In this document: positions 9,516-18,062 of the stretch, in pieces | Layout of the letters: the number at the start of each line of letters is the position of its first letter | Numbering within the stretch: position 1 is the stretch's first letter | IMG/VR virus record: IMGVR_UViG_3300042542_006078 | Length of the DNA: 64,000 bases | Source: a virus | Lineage: Duplodnaviria > Caudoviricetes | Strand: one strand, 5' to 3' | Translations under genes and position numbers: made by a program | The notes under the pieces: model-generated | What the model was told of the DNA's origin: nothing | What the model saw: only the letters and a program-made list of their open reading frames with translations | Database searches by the model: none

Positions 9516-10216
9516 AAATACATATTTCTTATGCTTACGGCTGTCCTGACGAAACAATTCTTCGTGAATTGATGAGCTATGACATTCAATGCCCAGAATG
9601 TACAATTTTAGAGCCACATGAAAATGCTCCACTAAACTTTGAGGTTCCAACTAGCTTTACAAGTTTGCACTGGAGTAGACAATACGAATATCCTTGGGCA
9701 ATTATGCATAGTAATTTGAAACCAAGCGATGTTTGCCTTGATGCTGGAGGAGCATATGCTGTTTTCAAATATGCAGTTGCCAAAAGATGCGCCAAAGTAG
9801 TCACGATTGACATGAATCAAGACTATCTTGATAAATCTATAAAATCAGCAGAAAGACTTGGCTTCAAAAACATTGAGTTTTATAATTCTAAAATTCAAAA
9901 TTATAAAAGTGAAGAAAAATTTGATAAAATATATTGTATGTCTGTTCTAGAACATATACCGAGTAGTAGTGAAAGAATTGAATGTATTGAAAACATGATA
10001 GGAATGTTGAAGAAGGATGGAGAGCTTTATTTAACTTTTGATTTTATTATAGAAGAAGGTGAAAATCAGTTTGATTTTTACATGAGAAAAAATGAGGCAG
10101 CAGAAATATTAAATTATTTTGGTGTGCCTGAATATAATAACGAAAAATATTATTCTGCAAGTTTTCCCGGTGGTTGTGTTCTTGCCACAATATGTTTGAA
10201 AGTGTGGGATTTGTGA
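9512..10216 (+). CDS. Class I SAM-dependent methyltransferase
   Basis: RQYEYPWA, CLDAGG, TIDM, FDKIYCMSVLEHI, LKKDG.L.LTFD. Confidence 0.8.
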   Translation: MKIHISYAYGCPDETILRELMSYDIQCPECTILEPHENAPLNFEVPTSFTSLHWSRQYEYPWAIMHSNLKPSDVCLDAGGAYAVFKYAVAKRCAKVVTIDMNQDYLDKSIKSAERLGFKNIEFYNSKIQNYKSEEKFDKIYCMSVLEHIPSSSERIECIENMIGMLKKDGELYLTFDFIIEEGENQFDFYMRKNEAAEILNYFGVPEYNNEKYYSASFPGGCVLATICLKVWDL

Positions 10217-10872
10217 AAATACCTGACCATATTATTCAAGAATATAAAAATTTTGATCCAGAATCGGGATTATTTTTTGCTGATTTTGATGAACCAAAAG
10301 GCTCGAAAATACTTGAAATTGGATCTCAACACAGTCCTCTTGCCAGTATGATGGCTAAATGTGGGTTTCATGTCACAGGCATTGATCTAAGAGATTCTGA
10401 TCAAGAATTAAACTATAATCACATTACTGCTGATTTCTGTCGATTGCCATCTTACTTCCTTCGTGAAAACATAGGAACTTTCGATGCTGCTGTTATTGTC
10501 TCTGCCATTGAACATTTTGGTTTGAATACTTATGGAGAAGGCAGGAAGCATGAATATTACGATGTTATTGCCATGCGATATATTTATGATTTATTGAAAC
10601 CGGGTGGAACTTGTTATTTGACAACACCTTTTGGTGGTAAATTTGTAGAACACAAGCCTCATTGGCGTGTTTATGATTGGGCAAATCTACTTGAAAGAAT
10701 TGTTCAAGATTTTAGCACAGAAGTATTCAATCTTGGTGTTTGCGAAGAAATAACAATCAACGGTAAGGTTTTTTCTGTTGGAAGCCCAATATCAATGAAT
10801 GAGGCTATACTGAATACAATTGGATTGCCTCATGTTTCTTGCTATGTAAGATTAAGAAAACCATTGGATTAA
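10213..10872 (+). CDS. Class I SAM-dependent methyltransferase
   Basis: ILEIGS, VTGIDLR, FDAAVIVSAIEHFGL..YG, LLKPGG. GTG start overlaps the upstream stop (GTGA). Confidence 0.8.
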   Translation: MKIPDHIIQEYKNFDPESGLFFADFDEPKGSKILEIGSQHSPLASMMAKCGFHVTGIDLRDSDQELNYNHITADFCRLPSYFLRENIGTFDAAVIVSAIEHFGLNTYGEGRKHEYYDVIAMRYIYDLLKPGGTCYLTTPFGGKFVEHKPHWRVYDWANLLERIVQDFSTEVFNLGVCEEITINGKVFSVGSPISMNEAILNTIGLPHVSCYVRLRKPLD

Positions 10873-10875
10873 ATC

Positions 10876-11883
10876 ATGTTTTTATTTGTAACAAATGATA
10901 AAATCGGGTCAGAAACAGGAGGAGGTCAAGTAACCGCACATGAATTTGAAGCGTTAAATCAACTTGGTCCAGTTGATGTCATCAATCCTGCACCAACCAA
11001 TAATCCTTTTGATTCAGAAAAGGCAATCCAAGAAATTGATTTCAGCAAATATAAACTTGCACACTTCTATGCTGGCACATTCCCAGAACTAACCACCAAA
11101 TTAAAAGCAAATGGCGTAAAAATAACTTATACTGTAGCTGCTCACGATGTTGACATCAGCAGAGAAGAATTTTTAGGTTTAGGTTCTGCTTTTGACTTTC
11201 CACACTTAAATGATCCAAATTTATTTCAAAAATACATAAGCTGCTACAAGAATGCTGATTTTGTAATATGTCCATCATCAGTTGCAGAAAAAACCAATAA
11301 TAAATACGGAATCAATAATACAAAAATAATTCCACACGGTCATGTCCCTGTTAGAAACAAGAAGCATCCAAAGAGGTTTACAGTTGGATATCTTGGTCAG
11401 TGTGGACCTGATAAGGGATTGCGATATTTGTTAGAAGCTTGGTCTATTCTAAACTACAAAGATGCAATATTGAATCTTGCTGGAAGTCAGACTCCCGGTT
11501 TATTGCCATTGATTAGACATTTCGGCAAAGGCAACATCAACATTCAAGGCTGGGTTAAATCTACGGAAGATTTTTACAATAGTTGCTCTGTTTATGTTCA
11601 GCCAAGCGCAACAGAAGGATTTGGCATTGAAGTTCTTGAGGCTATGAGTTCTGGTAGGCCTGTTGTTGTTTCTAATGGCGCTGGAGCATCTGACTGTGTT
11701 GAAGATTGTGGTTTTGTATTTGAGAAGAAAAATGCTAGACAACTTGCACAAATGATCGACAAATTAAAAAACAATTCAAATCTTTGTGAAGATTTTGGCA
11801 GAAAAGCAGAATTAAAAGCGAAAAATTACACTTGGGATAAGATTAAAGAACAATACATCCAATTGTGGCGGAGTATGATATGA
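10876..11883 (+). CDS. GT-B glycosyltransferase (GT4 family)
   Basis: VGYLGQ...KG, VQPSATEGFGIEVLEAMSSGRPVVVS, YTWD. Confidence 0.9.
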   Translation: MFLFVTNDKIGSETGGGQVTAHEFEALNQLGPVDVINPAPTNNPFDSEKAIQEIDFSKYKLAHFYAGTFPELTTKLKANGVKITYTVAAHDVDISREEFLGLGSAFDFPHLNDPNLFQKYISCYKNADFVICPSSVAEKTNNKYGINNTKIIPHGHVPVRNKKHPKRFTVGYLGQCGPDKGLRYLLEAWSILNYKDAILNLAGSQTPGLLPLIRHFGKGNINIQGWVKSTEDFYNSCSVYVQPSATEGFGIEVLEAMSSGRPVVVSNGAGASDCVEDCGFVFEKKNARQLAQMIDKLKNNSNLCEDFGRKAELKAKNYTWDKIKEQYIQLWRSMI

Positions 11884-13448
11884 GTTATTCATTTCCATTT
11901 AGTCAAACCGACAAGGTAATTGAATTGGGAGGAGGAGATAGACCATATTTCCGTCCAAATCTCGATGTCCGCTCAGGAACAAGCATTGATATAGTTGCTG
12001 ATTTTAATGAACCATTGCCAATACCAGACAATGAATACAATGGTGTATTCAGTCAATTTTGCATTGAGCATCTTTCTTGGCGCAAGGTAAAACTATTCAT
12101 CAGTGAAGTTTATCGTATTCTTAAAAACAATGGTAAAGTTGTTTTCATTACAGCCAACACTGAAAAACAAATGCAATATGTTCTTAATCACGATGAGTGG
12201 GACGACAACTGTTCTTGTATTATTTTTGGTGATCAAGATTATCCAGAAAACACTCATCGCAATAGTTTTAGTCCCAAATATGCAATTAAGTTAATGAATG
12301 ATGCTGGATTCACCAATGTTATTGTTTTGCCATTTGGGGAATTAGAGACAGATATGATTATTGAAGCCACTAAATCCACCAACAAAATTAATTTTGACAG
12401 AGAGTATTTTGACAATCCTCATTTCTATGGTGAGAATACTGGATTCTATCGTGATCATCCAACTAATTGGATTGTCTTCAATACTCTCATGCAAGATTAT
12501 CCTTCATCCGTTCTTGAGCTAGGATGCGGTCGTGGCTATTTACTCAAAAGATTTGAATCAAATGGAATTCCGGCAGTTGGATTAGAAATCTCTGATCATT
12601 GTTTTTTAACAAGAGTCACTAATTCTGTTCAAAAATTCGATATTAGAAAAACTCCTTGGCCATTTGAGGACAAGCAATTCGATTTGTGTTTTTCTCAAGG
12701 TGTCCTTGACTACTTAAATCCTGATATTATTCCACAAGTATTAAAAGAAGCAAATCGTGTGTGCAAGAGAGGCATACATTCAGTTGACACAAATAAGTTA
12801 AAGTTGAATTGGGAAAACCAATATTTTCTAGGAAATGATAAAATAGTTGATGGTTCTTTGCCTTTTGCCGTTCCCTCTGGTAATGGCAAGCTTAAATTGA
12901 ATATTGGTAGCTTTACAGTCATGTTGCACAATGGCTGGATCAATACGGATGTGATTGATTTAAGCTCTTATGCTATGGTAAATCAATATAAATTTTTGCA
13001 TATGGATAGTAGAAAAGTTTTCCCTTTTGAATCAAAAACAGTTGATTTAATTGTTTCAAGTCATATGTTAGAACATATTGATTGGAATGAAGGATTAAAT
13101 TTCCTAAGAGAATGTTATCGTGTTATGAAGGTTGGGGCAGTAATGCGTATTGCTGTTCCTGATTTGGCTACAATGGTTGTGAAATATCTAAATGGCAACC
13201 TTCATAAACTTGATGAAATCAACTTGAATGCAGCTTCTAACGATCAGCAGTCATTCAAATTTTGGTCATATTTGTTTGATAATCATAAAATTGCTTATGA
13301 CATTAACAGTTTGACCAAAATTGGAAACTTGGCTGGATTTCAAGTTGAAAGAAAAGGATTTAATGAAGGTCATCCAGAAATTATAAGGGAGACAATGGAT
13401 TATCTCCCTGAGATTAGCATATATGTTGAAATGACCAAATCAGTCTAA
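11880..13448 (+). CDS. Protein with three tandem SAM-methyltransferase-like domains
   Basis: Three motif-I-like segments (IELGGG, VLELGCGRG, KLNIGS), each followed by (L/W/F)P(I/F).D/E and, for domains 1 and 3, EH(L/I). ATGA overlap with the upstream stop. Confidence 0.75.
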   Translation: MSYSFPFSQTDKVIELGGGDRPYFRPNLDVRSGTSIDIVADFNEPLPIPDNEYNGVFSQFCIEHLSWRKVKLFISEVYRILKNNGKVVFITANTEKQMQYVLNHDEWDDNCSCIIFGDQDYPENTHRNSFSPKYAIKLMNDAGFTNVIVLPFGELETDMIIEATKSTNKINFDREYFDNPHFYGENTGFYRDHPTNWIVFNTLMQDYPSSVLELGCGRGYLLKRFESNGIPAVGLEISDHCFLTRVTNSVQKFDIRKTPWPFEDKQFDLCFSQGVLDYLNPDIIPQVLKEANRVCKRGIHSVDTNKLKLNWENQYFLGNDKIVDGSLPFAVPSGNGKLKLNIGSFTVMLHNGWINTDVIDLSSYAMVNQYKFLHMDSRKVFPFESKTVDLIVSSHMLEHIDWNEGLNFLRECYRVMKVGAVMRIAVPDLATMVVKYLNGNLHKLDEINLNAASNDQQSFKFWSYLFDNHKIAYDINSLTKIGNLAGFQVERKGFNEGHPEIIRETMDYLPEISIYVEMTKSV

Positions 13449-13763
13449 AATACCTTGAGCTTTTCCGACATTTCCAAGAACTTCAACAGCACCCCACACC
13501 GCTGATGCCGTATCGGGATTGCTTATCATATATGTGAATAAATCACGCATATGCAATCTTCTTATTTCTGTTGGGTGAAACTCAGGAGTTCCATCTTCTT
13601 TCAAATAGCACAATCTGTAATCAACAACTAGGATTGGCTCTGGACTTGCAGTTAAAGTTGCATCTAGAGACAAATTCTCAACCCACCAAACATTATATGT
13701 TTTTTGTTCAGAAGCTGGAGTAACGATTGGATTTTCTTTTGTAATTGGCATTTTACCCTCCAT
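13440..13763 (-). CDS. Hypothetical protein
   Basis: 107-aa ORF with convergent 9-nt overlap; no motif recognised. Confidence 0.6.
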   Translation of the reverse strand: MEGKMPITKENPIVTPASEQKTYNVWWVENLSLDATLTASPEPILVVDYRLCYLKEDGTPEFHPTEIRRLHMRDLFTYMISNPDTASAVWGAVEVLGNVGKAQGILD

Positions 13764-13853
13764 TTTATTTATCGTGAAATTTCTATTTTATTTTTCATTC
13801 CTTCATCATATCCATAATAATAACAAAAAAAGGTAATTTTCTAAATAGCCACA

Positions 13854-14159
13854 TCATAAGTTTCTCACATATTGCTCGAATTTATAAAAGTCGCCAACTA
13901 TTCTGCTTATTCTCGAATCCTTGTCTTTTTCAATTAATTCTTTACTTGGCAAATTGTCGCCAATATCCTTGACAAACTTTTCAAGTCCAACCATGTAATT
14001 CCACATCCAATACTTCCTGTTACGCAATCTCTTCTCAACATCTTTCAAATATGTCTTCCATGGATATTTCCATTTTTTGAACATAACAATATATCTCTCG
14101 GCCATAAGCCTGATTTGCTCATCATAAAATTCAGGCTCAAAATCAGGCGAGTCTAACAT
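13854..14159 (-). CDS. Hypothetical protein
   Basis: 101-aa ORF whose start overlaps the stop of the upstream helicase. Confidence 0.65.
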   Translation of the reverse strand: MLDSPDFEPEFYDEQIRLMAERYIVMFKKWKYPWKTYLKDVEKRLRNRKYWMWNYMVGLEKFVKDIGDNLPSKELIEKDKDSRISRIVGDFYKFEQYVRNL

Positions 14160-15604
14160 TAAAAATCAATCTCCTTAATTTCCAAGTCGTGGCCTTCTTT
14201 CTTTAATATTTCAATTCTTTTCTTGCTATGATCTTCAAGATAATCGTTAATTTCAAAAAGAAAGTCAAAATAATTCAGCCTTTCCTTGTCATCTGCTGTT
14301 CTGAGTCCACGACCCATTCTTTGAATAATCATGTGATCTGCTTGTCCGCCAGCAGCATTTATCAAATTCTGAGGATGCACATTGATACCTGTATTGAAGA
14401 TTTGCTGTGTTGCAATCGCAATCAAATCTCCTTTTGCTTTCTGCAACTCCTTAATGACACTCTTTCTTGTTTCCGCATTATCCTTGCCTTGAACCCAAAG
14501 ACTTCCCGGCAATAGATTATGTAATGCATCACCATGTGCAATGCGATCAACAAGAATCAAAGTCCTACCTTTTTGATTCTTGGCTAACCTTGTCACAACA
14601 TCATGAAAATAAAAACTTTCTGCAATTCCTCGGGTTACTGCATCAATGTAAATATCATGAGGAATATTAGGCTCACGAATTGGAAAAAAGACACATTTGC
14701 TGGCAGCAAGAATTCCTCTATCCTGAAGTTCAGAAGTAGTAAGAACTCCACCTTCCGCTGATTTAATCTTCAAAATTGGGCCAAAAAAGCCACGAACATA
14801 AAACTTCTGTACTGCATCTTTACCTCCAAATTTGAATGGAGTTGCCGAAACAGCAACACGAACATCGGCACCTTTCAAGCGACGATAAACAGCTTTTGGC
14901 AAAGTACTCATCATGTCGTGAATTTCATCGACAATAAGAACCTTGATTTTAGAAAGAGCCTTTTCCATTTTAGAAACTGATTGAACAGTCGCCACAGTAA
15001 TCATGTTGGGCTTTACACTTCCTCCCCATAAAGAACCTACATTGGGAAGTCCCCATTTCACAAACTCATCATAGTTTTGCTGCGCCAAAGAAGCCCTATT
15101 CTGCAAAATCAATGTGGGTGTATTGGGAGAAATAGTTTTCAATATGCCCAACATCACTAAAGACTTGCCTGCCGATGTCGGGGCATAAATAACACCACGA
15201 CGATGCTTGATGACTTGGTTGATCATCTCAACCTGATAATCATAAAGCTCTAGTGACTTGATTTTGTCTCCAACACTATTAGTATCAGGAAGCCATTGAT
15301 TCAAAAAATTCTTTTCAATTTCTTTGTAAGCAAAATTAGTTTTCGACCTCAAATCCTCAATCTCATATTCAGCATTAAAATGCTTGAGAACAGCACTAAC
15401 CTCCGGCAACAAGCCAGTTAAAAACTTACCTGTTTCAAGTACGAAAAAATTAATGAAACCGTCCCACTTTTTCATCTTGTAGGCACGGTTGTGAAAATAA
15501 TTTTTGTCACGAAATCTTAGCCTGTCCCAAAGCTCAGTTTTGAGCTTCATGTCTTCAGACAGGAAAAACGAATAATCATTGTTGATTCGGATTATGTTCG
15601 GCAT
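14159..15604 (-). CDS. uvsW: UvsW-like SF2 DNA helicase
   Basis: N-terminal RFRDKNYFH...WDG.INFF, LYDYQ, PTSAGKS, DEIH, SATP, QRMGRGLR, FDF.F. Start taken at ATG 15604. Confidence 0.8.
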   Translation of the reverse strand: MPNIIRINNDYSFFLSEDMKLKTELWDRLRFRDKNYFHNRAYKMKKWDGFINFFVLETGKFLTGLLPEVSAVLKHFNAEYEIEDLRSKTNFAYKEIEKNFLNQWLPDTNSVGDKIKSLELYDYQVEMINQVIKHRRGVIYAPTSAGKSLVMLGILKTISPNTPTLILQNRASLAQQNYDEFVKWGLPNVGSLWGGSVKPNMITVATVQSVSKMEKALSKIKVLIVDEIHDMMSTLPKAVYRRLKGADVRVAVSATPFKFGGKDAVQKFYVRGFFGPILKIKSAEGGVLTTSELQDRGILAASKCVFFPIREPNIPHDIYIDAVTRGIAESFYFHDVVTRLAKNQKGRTLILVDRIAHGDALHNLLPGSLWVQGKDNAETRKSVIKELQKAKGDLIAIATQQIFNTGINVHPQNLINAAGGQADHMIIQRMGRGLRTADDKERLNYFDFLFEINDYLEDHSKKRIEILKKEGHDLEIKEIDF

Positions 15605-15716
15605 CTTTCTTTGGTTCCTGATTGACCTCAAAAGAGGATTTTACAGTCCTTTTCCTCAAACCCGACTTGGGGGCATAATTCTTTCTCTTCTTGGGCTTTT
15701 TACCGCAACACATATA

Positions 15717-16313
15717 CTATTTACACATCTTGTGTCGTAATAATTTCAACACAATCAAAGCATCATCATAAGCTGTGTGAGGCACTTCTCCATCTAAACC
15801 TGCCCTAACCATACATTTTTTCATGTCTGGTAACTTATCGTCATTTTCCATGTCAAAATAAAGAATCGCAGGATCAACCACACGATTCAAAAAGCAAACA
15901 TTACCCCAACTTTTGATCTTAGCCTTCAAGAAAGGTAAATCAAATGATGCCACATTCTTGCCAGCTACATTAACATATATCTTGCCACTTTTTTCTTGTT
16001 TGTAACCGTTTTTCAATAGAAAGCACTCAAACGAATTTGGCAAATCTTCCAAAGACATAAACCTAACACCAGACTGATTTTCCTCACAATTGTTTTTCAA
16101 AGAATAATCAATCTGCTTGAATAAATCCGAGTGCATACTCAAAGCAAATGGACTACCAGAATATGTGCTTTTAGTGAAAATAGCCTCAAACTTAGAAAGT
16201 TTTTCAAGTGGTTGAGGATTGCTCAGATCATCAATAATTGCTGCGAATTGTAGGATATCACAGCTTTCGTGATCAAAACCAGTTGTTTCAATGTCAATTG
16301 AACAGACGATCAT
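15717..16313 (-). CDS. DnaQ-like DEDDh 3'-5' exonuclease
   Basis: SIDIETTG (ExoI), GKNVASFDLPFL (ExoII), HTAYDDA (ExoIII). Confidence 0.85.
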   Translation of the reverse strand: MIVCSIDIETTGFDHESCDILQFAAIIDDLSNPQPLEKLSKFEAIFTKSTYSGSPFALSMHSDLFKQIDYSLKNNCEENQSGVRFMSLEDLPNSFECFLLKNGYKQEKSGKIYVNVAGKNVASFDLPFLKAKIKSWGNVCFLNRVVDPAILYFDMENDDKLPDMKKCMVRAGLDGEVPHTAYDDALIVLKLLRHKMCK

Positions 16314-16445
16314 ATAGCACCTTAGGTAAATTTGACTCACTTTCCACTAATGATTCAGTCTACTGCATTTAGGCGCAAAATTAAAACACCAATTCAAAAT
16401 GTTTTTCACAAGAAAGACTAAATAAAAGAGGAGAACAAACTCAAA

Positions 16446-16985
16446 ATGGCTGACGACTACACGATACTGAACCCCGGCGTTGGCGGGGATGTCATGGATG
16501 AGACATTAGTTGTCTATCCATCAGCGCCAACTAACCGAAAAAGACCAAGGGTTGTTATCACAGGCGAAGGCATTGATGATATAGTCCCTGCTCAAATTAT
16601 ACCAACAGATGGATCGGAATTTGGTCTTGTCACAAGACCAATTGTTCCTAATTATCCCGGCACAGAAGCTAATACATTCGGAATAGTCAGTTTAGTTCTC
16701 ACTGGAATCGAAACAACAGTTGTTACTTATACAGTTCCTGTCAACAAAACTTTTTATTTTATCGGACTCAATACAAGCGGCAACGCAAATGCTTTGTATA
16801 AGTTATATGTAGACGGAAGCGCAATAATAGCAGGAAGAAGCTCAGTTGCAAACCTAACCCTTAATTTAACCTACTCTTATTCACCAATTAAAGTTGTTGC
16901 CGGAGATACAATTGCCATTAAAGTCACACATGAAGCCGGTGTTTCTTGTGACTTTGAAGGAACAATACTCGGTTATACATTATGA
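16446..16985 (+). CDS. Hypothetical protein, probably beta-rich and structural
   Basis: GAGGAG RBS; beta-strand-rich sequence; lies next to the fibre genes. Confidence 0.6.
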   Translation: MADDYTILNPGVGGDVMDETLVVYPSAPTNRKRPRVVITGEGIDDIVPAQIIPTDGSEFGLVTRPIVPNYPGTEANTFGIVSLVLTGIETTVVTYTVPVNKTFYFIGLNTSGNANALYKLYVDGSAIIAGRSSVANLTLNLTYSYSPIKVVAGDTIAIKVTHEAGVSCDFEGTILGYTL

Positions 16986-18046
16986 TATTCCTTGTTCTTC
17001 CATACAACCTTTACACCGGATGGGGTGTTTGTTCAATTAATTTAGCCAAAGAAATTTGTAAAAAACACAAAGTCAAATATGTCAGCGATGAACTCATAGA
17101 CCAATTCAAACACAACGCATTATCACATTCTTTTTTCACAAGCATCAAATTTGACAACAAAGATTTTCTGAAAACCCAAAAAGACCACCCAATAATACAA
17201 GGTGTCCAACACGATCTGTCTCCATACTTGGGATACTTTTCAGGATCTAAAAAAATAGCAATCACATTCGCAGACAGAGAAATTCCAAAAGAATTAGTCA
17301 ATAAAGCCAATGATCATTACGACCATATCATCGCCGGTTCAGAATGGTGCAAAAATCTTCTTCAACAACATAATGTAAAATCAACAGTAATACACCAAGG
17401 AATAGACCCGCTAATCTTCAATTCATCCAGAAAAGATAAGAACTTTTTTCTGGATGACTTCCTCATCTTTTCAGGAGGAAAATTTGAAGAAAGAAAAGGA
17501 CAAGATATTCTCATCAAAGCCTACAAAGTAATCCAAGATCGTTACCCAGATGTAAAATTAGTTTGTAGCTGGTACAACGCCTACACAGGAAAATGCGGGA
17601 AAGAAGAATTAGAAAAATATGGAATTGATTTGAACAGAGTAATATTCATTCCACTCTCAGCAAACAATAATATGGTCGAAATTTATCAAAACACCGATAT
17701 CGGAGTTTTCCCATCAAGATGCGAAGCTGGAACAAACCTCGTAATGATGGAATATATGGCTTGCGGCAAAACAGCTATTTCTTCAGTGGAAACCGGACAA
17801 AAAGATCTGATAACCAAAAAAAATGGACTCTCTCTCAAATCAAAAGGCGAATTTTTACTTAAAGATGAAAAAGGAAAGGTCGTTTCAATTTGGGAAGAAC
17901 CAGATTCCGATCATCTTATCGAACTATTAGATTGGTCTTACAACAATAGAGAAAAATTAACCAATTATGGATTAGAAGCATCAAAGACCATGGCCAAGAA
18001 AACTTGGGAACACATGGCCTCTTCTCTTGAAAAATTAATTATTTAA
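16982..18046 (+). CDS. GT-B glycosyltransferase (GT4 family)
   Basis: IHQGID, GGKFEERKGQD, FPSRCEAGTNLVMMEYMACGK, TWE. Confidence 0.85.
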   Translation: MIFLVLPYNLYTGWGVCSINLAKEICKKHKVKYVSDELIDQFKHNALSHSFFTSIKFDNKDFLKTQKDHPIIQGVQHDLSPYLGYFSGSKKIAITFADREIPKELVNKANDHYDHIIAGSEWCKNLLQQHNVKSTVIHQGIDPLIFNSSRKDKNFFLDDFLIFSGGKFEERKGQDILIKAYKVIQDRYPDVKLVCSWYNAYTGKCGKEELEKYGIDLNRVIFIPLSANNNMVEIYQNTDIGVFPSRCEAGTNLVMMEYMACGKTAISSVETGQKDLITKKNGLSLKSKGEFLLKDEKGKVVSIWEEPDSDHLIELLDWSYNNREKLTNYGLEASKTMAKKTWEHMASSLEKLII

Positions 18047-18062
18047 CCAACAAGGAAAATAT

